Shown: piece after piece, positions 13,199-25,800 of the stretch
Layout of the letters: every line of letters starts with the position of its first letter
Position numbering within the stretch: position 1 is the first letter of the stretch
Origin: Vicugna vicugna
Lineage: Eukaryota
Length of the DNA stretch: 64,000 bases
NCBI GenBank assembly: GCA_013265495.1
Contig: MU058387.1
Location: 248,001 to 312,000 of the forward strand
Direction of reading: 5' to 3'
Position numbers and translations under genes: made by a program
The notes under the pieces: model-generated
Seen by the model: the letters and a program-made list of their open reading frames with translations, nothing else
Told to the model about the DNA's origin: nothing
The model's database searches: none

Positions 13199-14032
13199 AT
13201 TTATTTTCTTCCTTCCTTCCTTCCTTCTTTTCTTCCTTCCTTTCTTTCTTTCTTTCTTCTTTCCTTCTTTCTTTTCTTCCTCCTTTTCTTCCTTCCTTTC
13301 TTTCTTTCTTTCTTCTTTCCTTCTTTCTTTTCTTCCTCCTTTTCTTCCTTCCTTTCTTTCTTTCTTTCTTCTTTCCTTCTTTCTTTTCTTCCTCCTTTTC
13401 TTCCTTCCTTTCTTTCTTTCTTTCTTCTTTCCTTCTTTCTTTTCTTCCTCCTTTTCTTCCTTCCTTTCTTTCTTTCTTTCTTCTTTCCTTCTTTCTTTTC
13501 TTCCTCCTTTTCTTCCTTCCTTTCTTTCTTTCTTTCTTCCTTCCTTCCTTCCTTCTTTTCTTCCTTCCTTTCTTTCTTTCTTTCTTTCTCTCTTTCTTTC
13601 TCTTTCTTTCTCTCTCTCTCTTTCTCTTTCTTTCTTTCTCTCTATCTTCCTTCCTTCCATTGACATATAATCAGTTACAATGTGCCAATTTCTGGTGTAC
13701 AGCATAACGTTTCAGTCATACATATAAATACTTATATTTGTTTTCATATTGTTTTCTGTTATAGGTTATTAAACATATTGAACATAGTTCCCTGTGTTAT
13801 CCAGGAGAAATTTGTTTTTTTAAATCTATTTTATACATAGTAGTTAATATTTGCAAATCTCAAATTCTCAATTTGTCCTGTCCCATTTCCCTTCTCCCCA
13901 GTAACCATAAGTTTATTTACTATGTCTGTGAGTCTATTTCTGTTTTGTAGAAAAATGCCATATGAAATCACTCATATGTGGAATCTGAAAAAAAAAAAAG
14001 AAAAGAAGAAAGAAGACACTAATGAAGTTACC
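13199..14032 (-). mobile_element. 5'-truncated, 5'-inverted lineage-specific L1 with microsatellite-expanded tail
   Basis: L1 3'UTR is antisense at about 13660-13951 and a sense-oriented upstream piece lies at about 13952-14032. TSD-like aacttacattt (13188-13198) / aacttaacatttt (14033-14045). Confidence 0.85.
13201..13658. repeat. Compound (TTCC/TTTC/TC)n polypyrimidine tract with a 56-bp higher-order repeat
   Basis: The marker 'cctcc' recurs at 13279, 13335, 13391, 13447 and 13503 (period 56). Confidence 0.95.
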
Positions 14033-16932
14033 AACTTAACATTTTAAAGGGACTTGTCTGGCTTCTGTTTTGCAAAAGGGTAAGCAAAGAGACCAGCAGG
14101 GATTCATTACAATTGCCCAAGTGAGATATAAGGATGACTCCTTTATCAATATCAATTTGCAAACTGGTGAAATGGAAAATTTATCTCCACAGTTTTTCAA
14201 AATGGGGATGGTAGCTCTATCTGTACTGGGGTAGAATCATAATAAAGCTAAATCCATGTGGTCAAGAAAAGTTGTAAAACTTGTGGAATTTTGAAAAGCT
14301 AGATATGATTCTCGAATATCACAAAGACATGGAATAATACTGAAATGTGCTATTGCAAGTCATTTCCGTCATTGTGCGTAAGACATTGTTTAGACAATAC
14401 CTACCTACAGTCGATTAAGTGTCACATACGTTCAGTGAACATCCCTCATGTTAAATACTTGTGCTGAATATCTGTTACTTTTTAGTAAAGATACTTAATT
14501 ATTTTGTTTACCTATTATACATATTTGTTTATCTTTAGTAACACACATACTAGAAAAAATAGCATCTTAAAAATTACTGCGACTTATTTATGTTGCTCAA
14601 TCACATTTTCAGATATAGCCATCAATATTTTCTTTGGAAACACCAATATTCACCAGCTACGCTAACAATGGTCAAAGCTGAAACAATGGTTAATATGTGT
14701 TTATATAGTAAAAATCACATCCTACCATGCAGGGTTCTACATTATTAAGAAAGTCTCTGATAGCTCCATCTGTTTAAAATCTCTCATTCTAATAAAATAT
14801 TTGTGATTTTCAGTTTCTGGGTCATACGTAAAATTGCTTCAGAGATCTCTTGGTACATGGATAACTTTTTTTTTTTTGGTTGAGTATTGGTTGCTAAGGT
14901 TACAGACTTTTTCTCTGTTAATAACGGACTGTGTTGGGTGTGTAACGTGAGTCTCCAGGCACTCAAGAATCTGATCGCCCCAAGTCTTATTTTCTAGGCT
15001 TTCTTTGTATCCAATGCGGAATTTTCAGATCCCTGCCCTGTGTCAGCTGACACTGGTCCTCTTGCTAACTGTATACACCCTTGTCCTCAATGAATAAGGG
15101 CTTGATTGTGCATTGATTAAAATGGCTTATTTTACTGTTAAAGTAAATTACACAGAAATGGCATTTCCTCCCAAACAAAGAAAAATAATCCCACAATAAC
15201 ACAAACTTGACACTTCCCTAATGCTTTAATCTGACAATCTCGGCACACTTCACAAAGAGCGATTAATTAACCCTTACAACTTTCCTGTCAGGAAAGCCTG
15301 ATTAAACCCATTTCACAAAGGAAACGCCAAGAGGTAGCATGCCTCAGACAAGGTTACACGGTTTGCTTGCGACAGATCGGGGACCATAACTCAGTAGCCT
15401 TGGCCCTGGGCTCCCAGGCAGTCCCTAGACAGTCAACAAGTACCAATCAGAAGAACATGTTGCTTCTGCTCATGCTACTAAAATCCCTGTTTCATGAGAG
15501 TCCCTGAGTGGCTATTCACACAAAGGCTTTTTTCTATTTAGTCATTGTTCTCATCCAAGTTCATCACCAAGAAGAAGGAGAACTTGAAAATCCAGAGGCA
15601 TGCCTTGCCAAGGGGACCACTGCCTTTGAAAAAAGGCTGAGTTAAGTGCTAATCAGTGAAATGTGACCAAAGAAGAGGTTTGACAGACCAGTGCTAGTGC
15701 CTTCCAGGTGCCAGCTGGGTGAGCTGCACGGTGTAGCTGTCAGTGCGTTCAATGACGCTAGATTTTCCTGGTAAATTGACATCCATGCCTTATAACACCA
15801 GGAGGAGCAAACATTTGCTTGCGATTCGTGTGCACAAGCAGAACCAGCCTGTGAAGAAGATGAGAAACCCTTTGGGAAGGTTACTGGATACATCCATCCA
15901 GTTAGGAAGCATTTATTTTTTTTGTTAAGCAATAAATTTTGTGACTCCACTGCCAGGCATGTGGCCTCGCCAAAAGCTGTGCCCGCAGTTAAACTGGATT
16001 CCAACACATCTGCGGGGATGGCTAGCGTCACACTGACATGGTAGCGGCTAAGTGTGTAATCACCCAACTTCAGTGGGTTCCTGACATCAAGGACAGAGAG
16101 CCCACATCATTCCCCTTCTCATGCTGTTCCAGAGAACACAGACTAATCAAGCTCCTCATTAAAACTTATGTTTCCTTAGTTGTGTCCTTAATGAGAATCT
16201 GTTTTTTTTGTGAAATTTACATCTGGCATCCCCTGCCTGAGACCCCATGCTCAGTTAGGCTTTCGGTGACCAGCAGCTGGCTTGCACTGAGGCCATTATC
16301 CTAAAAACACTAGAGGAATACACTCAAGCACCACTCTTCTGGACCGCAGCTTGCCGTCCACCTCTGTCCACTTCCCTTGACCGAATGAGTTCACTCTTTT
16401 TGCCTCGACATGACTTCCATCCTCATGGTACTTTCCCATTTTCCAAGTTCATCAGCCCCTTCTTAGGATCACGCCTTTAGACCAGCAGCACCCCAAGCCC
16501 AGTCAATTCAACAATGTTCTCTCCACAATTTCATGTCAATAAACATTAATCTATAAAATTTTGCCACAGCAACTGACAGTATTTACCCAACAAATGCATC
16601 TGTATGATAGGAAAATAGGAATAAAGGATAAGCATAAAAAACAAAGAAACATAATATCACTACACAAATATATATGCATTTATAACACATGTATTTGCAC
16701 CTTTCCAGATATTTTTCTACATAAACTTCTACCTAACTTAACCTTTAAATGTAAAAAAAGAACTTACTGTACACACGATTCTTCATTTTGTTTTGTAATT
16801 TCTAAAACATCTTTCAAAAAGACAAAATACCCCATTACGTAAAGATACTATTCTTATTCAAACCGTTATTTATAGATATTTAGAATGGTGCTGGTTTTGA
16901 GAGCAACATCTTTGTATTCTGTACCAATTTTT

Positions 16933-17140
16933 AAAAAAAGTTTATTGAGTCATAGTCAGTTTATAATGTTGTATCAGTTTCCAGTGTAGAGCACAGTTTT
17001 TCAGTTATACATGAACATACGTGTATTCATTGTCACATTCTTTTTCACTCTGAGCTACCACAAGATCTTATATATATTTCCCTGTGCTCTACAGTATAAT
17101 CTTGTTTATCTATTCTATACATGCCTGTCAGTATTCATAA
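16933..17140 (-). mobile_element. Short lineage-specific L1 3' end
   Basis: 'tttattgagtcatagtcagtttataatgttgtatcagtttcc...ccctgtgctctacagta'. 17-bp TSD attctgtaccaattttt (16916-16932) / attttgtaccaattttt (17141-17157). Confidence 0.85.
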
Positions 17141-18372
17141 ATTTTGTACCAATTTTTTTAAGAATAAATTCTAAAAGGCAAAATTGCATCAACATAGATA
17201 TTGTTTAAGTTTTCTGTTTGTTGTTTTATTTTAAATATATATGGTCAAAATTTCCCTCCAGAAATTTTTGCCATATTTAGAATTTTGCCACTGGCATACG
17301 TGGGTACACTCTTCCTAAATCTTCCTACACCTGACTAGTAATTGTTATTATTATTGTTTTTAAAACCTTACCAATATTTTAAGAATGTCATACTTTTGTA
17401 AATTACATTTGTAAGGTTGTTTATACGATTTCAATGTCTTCATATTTATTGATCGACTGAACTTTTTCAGTGTTTTTCTGTGGATGCCAGTTGCTCATTT
17501 TTTTTTCAAGCAGATTGTTATCTTTCATTTATACTGCCTCTAACAAAGTAATAATTGCTTACATGTACTGAGCAGTTACCCTGTGTACAATGCTTAGACT
17601 GTAATACCCATGAGTTATCTTTTCCTCTGTGATACTTAATACTGCTCAGACTTACGAATGTGGAATGTCTCTTCTTCTAATATGAACATGGCTGATTATT
17701 CTACTTATTAAACTCTTCCATTATAAACACAGTAATATATTGAAATTTTATATAAATACCATATGTGTTTTTAATATTTATCATTTCATACTTTAGGTTG
17801 CTATTGCAAATAACTTTTTGAAAGTTTAGTTTTACCTTTTTATGGCTAGTACATAGCAAAAGGACTTATTTTGTTTAAAACCTTTATAACTAGCTACTGC
17901 TTTGTAGGTACCAATGATAATACTTTTCAGTTGGCTTGTTCAGTTTTTTGAAGGTAGACCATGAAATGTGCAAATAATAACAAAATGAATTTCTTTCCTT
18001 CTGTCCAAGCCTTATTTATTTCATTGTCTTATTACATTGGTTTGAAGTTCTAACAGAATGCCAAAGAAGTTGGTGGGAGCAGACATCCATAATTTATTCA
18101 TTTCCCTAATGAGAAAGTGTTTGGTGCTCGGCAGTTTTGCTAGGGGTGGTGACTATTTGATTGAGATGGATAATCTTTACCATTTCAAAGGCATTTCCTT
18201 TTATTCATTGGATTACATTTTTATTAAATAAGAAATGGTTTTTAAATTTTATTGAATATCTTTTTAGCATGCACAGAGGTGATGATGTATTTCCCCCCAT
18301 GGTCCTGGTAATGTAACGGATGTTATGAATGGATTTTATTAATACTGAACCACTCTAGAATGCTTGGAATAA

Positions 18373-18522
18373 GGGAGGGTATAGCACCCTGGTAGGGTGC
18401 ATACTTAGCATGCACAAGGTCGTGGGTTCAATCCCCAGTACCTCTATTAAAAAATAATAAATAAATAAACTACTCCCCACAAAAGACAACAATAAAACCC
18501 CCAAAAATAATAAAATAAAAAA
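18373..18522 (+). mobile_element. tRNA-derived SINE, camelid Vic-1-like
   Basis: Head 'gggagggtatagc...tggtag...ttagcatgcacaaggtcgtgggttcaatccccagtacctc' with A/B boxes and an A-rich tail. Perfect 17-bp TSD tagaatgcttggaataa (18356-18372 / 18523-18539). Confidence 0.85.
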
Positions 18523-18777
18523 TAGAATGCTTGGAATAAATTCTACTGGGTAATATTTACGAACCCCTTAATTTAAAGTGTCAGTTTAGATACTTGGGTC
18601 GCTAATATTATATTTAGTTTCTTTGCACTTCTATTTTTGTGAGGTTGTTTTTGATTTGCTTTATTATTTGACATTGTCAGATTTATTTTTAAAGCGAATT
18701 GATTGAGAGGTTTTCCACTTTTCCCCCAAAATATTTAAAACACTATGGCATACGGCATGCATCTCTTGAAAGTAGCC

Positions 18778-19229
18778 TGTATTTGTTTCCTTAAAACTGC
18801 TGTAACAGATCACACACACACATATGAGTGGCTTAAAATAACAGTATTTTATTTCCTCAGTTCCTGGGGCTTGAAGTCTGAAATCAAGACATTGGCAGAG
18901 CTATGCTCCCTCTGAAGGCTCTAAAGAATTCTTTTTCTTAGCTTTTGATGGCTCCCAGAAATTCTTGACTTTCCTTGGCTAACAGTTGAGGTATTCCAAT
19001 CTCTGCCTTTATCTTTACATGGTCTGCTGCCCTATTTGCATCTCTGTGTGTCCTCTCCTCTTCTTATAAGGACATCATCATTGAATTGAGGGCCACCCTT
19101 CACCAGTATCATCTTTTCTTAACTAATTACATCTGCCAAGGTCCTGCTAACCAAATAAGGTCATATTTTGAGGTTCCAGGTGGCGAGGACATCACCAGTT
19201 ATGGTGAGGACACTTTTCAGTCTACAACA
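18778..19229 (-). mobile_element. ERVL-MaLR solo LTR (MLT1B/C-like)
   Basis: TG...CA termini and a perfect 5-bp TSD TAGCC (18773-18777 / 19230-19234). Contains 'ttcttataaggaca' and 'attacatctgccaag...ccaaataaggtca'. Confidence 0.9.
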
Positions 19230-19600
19230 TAGCCCATAAACATCTCATGGGTCATGTGCTTGTTTTTCTTGTAGGTCGATGAAAAAAGAACACTATTGAA
19301 AAGAAAAATAAAATCACTTTGAATCAGTATATTCACTCCAGACCTCCTGTGTTTATTGTATTAGCAGATCAGGTAATTAATCAAAAGATAATTCAATAGA
19401 ATTACCATGGCTTTTAAAATTTATTATACTGTCAAATATGCACAATTGCTCATATTGGTTTGTAAAAACAACTGGACCTCAGTCAAAAGCATTTTAAACC
19501 TCTGCTTAGAACTTGTCTGTTTTACATGCTCAAGAATTTGGTCAGGAAAGCAGAAGCCACTCATTTCCCAGATATAAAGATTTTCAAATGTTAACCACGA

Positions 19601-19830
19601 TCTATAAAAATAGATAAAAAACAAGTTTCTTCTGCATAGCACAGGGAACTGTATTCAATATAATTGATGTATTCAATATAATCATAATAATCGTTAATGA
19701 AAAAGAATATGAAAACAAATATATGAATATATATGTATCCACACACACACACACACACACACGTAACTGGGACATTATACTGCACACCAGAAATTGACAC
19801 ACTGTAACTGACTATACTTTAATAAAAAAA
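19601..19830 (+). mobile_element. Short lineage-specific L1 3' end with internal (CA)n
   Basis: 'atagcacagggaactgtattcaatat...tgcacaccagaaattgacacactgtaactgactatacttt' followed by a short A tail. Confidence 0.85.
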
Positions 19831-20589
19831 ATTTGATATTGCACGATTGTTGGAAGAGCTGAGAGACTAGAGATCTGGGAATCTACCCTTGAGAATCACG
19901 GGGAAACCATCATCAATGGTCGCACAAGGTGACAAGCACCCAAGTGTGTAGATTTTAAGAGCTTGCTGGAAGCCACTGTGATTTGTTTTTCTGTCTGCCT
20001 GCAAGTCTGACTGTGATCACCTCAAGAAAACAATGACACTGGCTCATGTCTATTTTCTAGATGTGAGCGTCTCTCCTTGGCAATCTTCAAGCCAGAGCTG
20101 CACAAGATAGGCCACCCTGGGAAGTAGTTTCCATCCTTCAAAGCAGTGATGGTGGCGCCAGGTTAACATTAGGTAATCTAGCATGTCTGACACTATGCAG
20201 ATTAAGCTTTGGGCAGAGAGGTGAGGGAATTAAATGGGCTGCGATTTTGGTTATTTTGCTGTTGGACATTCTCTTAAAAGCTGGAAAGAAAATGAATTGA
20301 AAACCTTACCTCTTGGTAGGTAAATCAAACAGATACATACATTTTAGATCTTAAACTCAATTCTTCGCTGTTTGAAATACTGCTCAAAGCAAAACATCAT
20401 TAAAAGGAAAGAACGTCCTAGGACTCTTAAACAGGTAATTATTTTCTACATTCTTGCCATTTTATTTGTGGAGAAACAATTAAGCAACAAGCCAAATACA
20501 TTAGCTATTAGAAGTGTTTAATCCATATGAAATTTCAGACATATCTCTTTGCTGAAACGTAAGTATTATCAACAATATTACAGCTAAAA

Positions 20590-20745
20590 TTTATTTATTA
20601 CACCCTCACTATGTACCAGACACCACCTTGAATCCAGTAACTTACTTAATGCTCTCAGCAACTCTATTAAGTAGGTACTAAATATCAAACCCACCATTTA
20701 ATTATGATGATTCTGAGGATGGTAAGAAATAAAGTGACTCTTAGA
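20590..20745 (-). mobile_element. MIR fragment
   Basis: 'ctcactatgtaccagacac...aatgctctcagcaactctattaagtaggtact'. Confidence 0.6.
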
Positions 20746-21779
20746 GCTCAAAGAATGGAATTAATCTTTCTGTTGGTTGGACATATATCTGTTATGTATT
20801 AAGCTCTGTGGCTTAGTTTGCAGTGAGTTAAGAGCCCTAGGTAGCCTAACATAATCTGATGAAATTCTCCTTCAATGAAATTATGTGGGCAATTTGCCTG
20901 AAATATTTGCATTAAGATGGATTGCCCTAAGAGTGTGTTCATTCTATATCCATCCTTCTACAAACTGAGCAAGCGAATCCTGCCTTCCCTAGATTAAGAG
21001 CTCTTCTGCTGTCCATTTTACCACTGGTGAGCAAAGGAGAAATTCAAATCATAAAAGAAATTCCACCTCTTCTTTTGAGGTCTTGGCCTCTTTAGAGGAT
21101 AAACAGAGCTACATTTTTAGCAAAGGAAAAACAGGAAAGAGCTCTCATACTTCAATGTCAAGTGCATCAGGTTAACTGGAAATGTTCAAATCTTAATAGA
21201 CAGCAAATCAGGAGCTCCCATGACATAGTAATTGAGTGAACAGTAGCCTTTCACCTTCATGAGTTTGGGGATGAATCTGACTTAGGTTAAGGGAAAATTT
21301 CTATTAAATTTCAGGTGTCCACTGGTCTGGGATCCAAATTGCATTAGCCCTCACTATGGTTAGAGACGGCTGAGAGAGTTAGATGATTCGAAACACCTTG
21401 AGTAATTTTTTTTCAATCACTTGTAGATGTACTGACAGTGGAAAGTATTAAGAAACTGAGAAATACTCAAAAGTCATCATTAGAGTTTTAACGTATTTTA
21501 AAAATAAGGTAAATTTAAAAATATAATCATTCAAAGGCTAATTTTCAGCAAATATATTTTTGTACGCATTTTTTATAGTATTAATACATTTTAAAATCAT
21601 GTAGTCTTCAATTCCATGTGCTGAGGAAATCAAATATATGCCCACAGCAAAGAATATGAACCAAAATGTAACAAGAAAATAAAATGGACTAAAAGTACAT
21701 GCAAATGTATTCAAAGTTATATGTAATCAAATACATGTAAATTAACCTAAAAGGAATATTATTTTTTACCAACAAACTA

Positions 21780-22820
21780 ATAATAGTACTCACTGTTATC
21801 TGAGGTTGTAAAAATAATTGCTTTCATAAATGATTGAAAGGCGTAAGTCGGTAAAACTCTTCTGGAAAATAGTTTATCAGCATATATCCACATAAATTAA
21901 AAATTCCATAGTTCTCGCCAAATTATTTTCCTTGCAGGAAACTTTCTTAAAACTATCCAAAATATGGATATATACACAAATTGTGTATATAGCATGTTTG
22001 ATTCAACATTATTATAATGATAAAAGTATACAATATTCTAAATATTCAATAAAAGAATAAAATTAAGATAAATTACAGTACATCCACATAATGCAGTATG
22101 ATGTAGCCAATAACACAGAGCTAGAAAGTACTTCATGAAAAGGAAAATATTAGTAAGAAAATCATCAATGAAAAATGTAGAATAAAAATTGCTTTAAAAT
22201 ATTGTCTTGACAACGTGGATGGTTCTAGAGGGTTTTATGGTAAGTGAAGTAAGTCAGACAGAGAAGGATAAATACTGTATGATTTCATTTATATGTGGAA
22301 TCTAAACAAAACAAAACAAACAAATGAAAATGAGAACAGACTCACAGATACAAAGACAAACAGGTGGTTACCGAGGGTGCAGAGATTAAGAGGTACAAAC
22401 ACCCAGTCAGAAAAGAAATAAACCACAGGGAGGTAATATACAGCATAAGGAACATGGTCAATAATATTGTAATAACTTTTTATGGGGACAGCTAGAAACT
22501 AGACTTAGGGTGATCATTTCATAATGTGTACAAATGTCAAATCACCATGTAAGACACCTGAAACTAACATGGTATGCTACATCAACTATACTTCAATTTA
22601 GAAAGAGGAAAAAAAAGATCTCAAAACTGTGAAAAAATTGAGCCCCTTTAGAAAGTACTCAGAGGGAATCAAACCAATTTTTAATAGTGACAATCTTTAA
22701 CGTATGAGACTGTGGGGATTTTTACGTTTTCTATCTGTGTCATTTTAATTTGGGAAGCAAATACATGAGCATATTGTACTTGTATGGTTAGGGAATAAAA
22801 ACATATCTATTAAAAATGTT
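21780..22820 (+). mobile_element. Old L1ME-like 3' fragment containing an L1MA-like 3'UTR insertion (about 22207-22617)
   Basis: Inner element 'acaacgtggatggttctagagggttttatggtaagtgaagtaagtcagacagagaagga...catcaactatacttcaattta'. The flanks show degenerate L1 motifs ('aaattacagtacatccacataatgcagtat'). Confidence 0.7.
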
Positions 22821-25800
22821 TTATTTCCTATCCTTTTGTTTCAAAATGGCTCACTAGCTGAACCAAATATCAAAGGTTCAAGTGTGATTCTTTAAAAAAT
22901 ATTTTGTGTAAAGTATTGGATAAAATTTTATCAAATTAGTCAACTCAACTTAAGAGCTCTCATACCATAAAGAACAAACACCAAGTGTTATAAATAACAT
23001 TATTTTTCTTTGGCTCTAAATTTATTAATGTAAGCAGGCTAAGTTAAGTTTGTAAATCATAAACTAAAATCTATAAACTGCAAATCGTTGGTTCATCATG
23101 TATCTTCAGATGTGCTCTTTCACATGTGTGAGAGCATTCTCCCCTGAATCTTTTTGACTCAAGAGTTGCATAAGTTAAGCTTAGAGTGAGCTTCTAGTGT
23201 TTCTAGGACAAAAATGCTGATTATATATATAAAAAAAATCAGACTGCATGGCTAATTCAGCCATATACATTTGATGAAGCACAGGACAACTTTCTTCTCA
23301 TATAGAAAATGATATATTGGTATTATGCTTAAATAAGTGTTATTATCCACAAGGAACAGTGATATACCACCAATCACGATTCTCCCCCATCAGTGTATTT
23401 TATGTCTAGTTAAAAGCTGTGATCGAGTGAAGACTCTTGGAATGACAGACATGTCAGGTGGTCAAAGGCAAACAGTACATCACGTAAAGGGTTCTACAGA
23501 GAGTTAAAAACTCACATGTCCTCCTTTTACCTGTATTATTCGTTAGAGAAAAATACATTCTATAAGGTGAGCCATGTGCCTTTTCCATGTTTAACGGTCA
23601 CTGGACACTTTAACTAGAGAAATGACAGTAATGATGATGTTAATGAAAATACTGGAAGGAGGAAGATTTGGCATAGATAGGAGATAAAAGGAAAAGGATG
23701 TAAACAAGAAAAACAGAAAATGACTTTCTCTTATTCATCTCTTGAAATAAGATTTTGAGAATATGGATAAAAGGGAGTTTGGAAAGAGGGGCTACCATCT
23801 TGAAAGAAACAATAGAAAAAAGGTCAAAAGATAGAGTCTTCCGGAGAGGAAAAAGAATGGATTTCTAGCATATGTATATTTTAAAAGCTCCTTTTATCTT
23901 CTCTGTACCTGAGAGAGCTTTTCAAATAGCTCAGGAAGCCGCCTGGATGCACTTACCTGGTAACAGGTGGACAGAATTAAGCACCAGTCTCAGAGTGTCA
24001 CTGCATATTATGTTTCCAATATGCTCTTCTAGATTTAGCAAGTCGGCTGTGATCAGGGTGCAAAACAAACACATTTTAGTCTGTCTCTGATTAAACTAAT
24101 GATAAACCAATAACTGCTGTTAGAAGGGGAAAAAAAAAACAAAGCAAAGCTAAAGTTCAGTCTGTCAGGATGCATTCTATCTCCAGTTAAAGATTTTCAT
24201 GCCTGGTAAGATTCCATTTAAAGCAAAGATTAAGCCATATGTTGCTTTAGTCATTGATATTTTAATTTGCATATGCCGATCTCATGTATAGGAAAACTGT
24301 TCTAAATCAGTAGAGTGGGTGGTACTTAGCAAGTCAGAGGAAATGCAAATTGGTAGTCAGACGATTTATACAGAATTGATTTTACAGAAACCCAAATGTT
24401 GTTGTGATTGATTCTGCCCTTCTGTTACATAAAGGTGCTCTCTTTCTGTAAACCCTTTGCCTAACCACTCCCCATGGAGGCTGATGAGATGGGAGAATAT
24501 GTGGTGTTCCGAGTAGAACACGTCGACTTGTTTTTGATCCATTCATTCATCCATCCATCCATCCATCATGAATTGAGCTCATATTCTGTTCTACACACTG
24601 GCAGAGTCAGTGGTTGGGGATGGAAAAAAAAATGAATAAAACAGAATAAATTAAGGATTTTTTGGTTTAAAGACTGTTTCTGTGGAAGGCAGGACGAAGC
24701 CATGAGAAAAGAGCTGCGGCACAAGTAGATTATCTCACCAGCTGAGACCTGCAGTAGCGGTAGCAGACTCCCAAGTATAGACACAATGAAGGGTTTTGTA
24801 TTTTTATTTTAATGATTCAATTATATTATTGGTGCTTCTATTATGTCTTACATAAACACAGGCTGGTGAAGCCATAAAACCTTACGAAGGGTTTTCTAAT
24901 TGTTTGTGTGAGATCTGCTTTGTATTCTATGACCCAAACATGGAAACCATCTCTCCTGTGCCCTTAGACACTGTCAAAACCAACGTCAACATTCCTATCC
25001 TTCTGGTGATAAATCATAAACTTAAAATATATGTACCTGTATGAATCTGTGTTTATATGGATATATATTTAATGTATCTATGTTTATATGAATATATATT
25101 TAAATATACTTAACATATATTTAATAAACATTCAGTTTATGTAAAGAACTATTCTAGACACAATAGTAAGAAAATTACACATAGTAATATACATAATATC
25201 TGTAACACACACATTTTTACACACACATATACATGTGTACATGTATATACTAGGAATGGGGATATGAAGTACAATAGAGATTTAAAAAACAACTTTTTTT
25301 CATAAGATTAAACTAAATTGCTATCTGAGGAATGTTGATAGTTCATTGCTACCAAAAAATTGCCCTTAAATGTAATGCTAAACTTTTGGTAGAGAGAGCA
25401 AAATGAAGCATAGATGACAACCTTGGAAACCATGCTACAACTGAAACCTTTTGAGAATTCCAGTCGCACCATTTGGAATTATAAATTCACAATGTGTTGC
25501 CTTTTACTGAATCTTTTGATTTATCATTTTCAAAGCAAGATCTCTTAGCTGTTGCCTATGAATAAAATGTGGTATTTGGAAAAAATAACTGGAAAAAGAA
25601 AACATTTAGCAGAACCGTACTTTTATGTTTTTCTTTTTCTTTTTTTTTTTTTGGATCAGTTTTTGAAAAAAAGAAAAACCTACCTTTTATGCATAAGGTC
25701 TAAAATAGACATTTTTACTCCCAGCCAGTAAAGATTTAGAAGGCTGTCTTAGCCTTAGATAACCAAAATTTTCCAAGCCACCATCTAAAATATAACAAAC

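Larger units (their letters stand above)
12695..14140 (-). mobile_element. L2 fragment interrupted by a younger L1 insertion (13199-14032)
   Basis: 'attcaataaataattattaaactactgctatgtgccagacact' at the start. The L2 sequence 'tgggaagttgctcagggattttgaacagg...catgatttaacttacattt' resumes after the insertion with 'ttttaaagggacttgtctggc...caagtgagat'. Confidence 0.7.
16700..18760 (-). mobile_element. Very old L1 (L1ME-like) fragment hosting younger insertions
   Basis: Degenerate antisense L1 motifs ('ataaattctaaaaggcaaaattgc', 'gtagaccatgaaatgtgcaaataata', 'tattgaatatctttttagcatgcacagaggtgatgatg'). Boundaries approximate. Confidence 0.6.

Noticed and set aside
13255..13540. CRISPR-like or other prokaryotic repeat array
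   Set aside because: Head-to-tail low-complexity units with no unique spacers and no cas genes, in a mammalian context.
12932..13705. 257-aa Lys/Glu/Arg-rich ORF on the minus strand
   Set aside because: It is the translation of a purine-only microsatellite, which cannot contain stop codons, plus L1/L2 flanks.
18373..18445. tRNA gene (also 47920-47994)
   Set aside because: The tRNA-like head is followed by an A-rich tail and flanked by TSDs, so it is a SINE.
19840..20190. Possible ancient LTR-like relic
   Set aside because: Only a faint resemblance; I could not assign a family or boundaries without a search.
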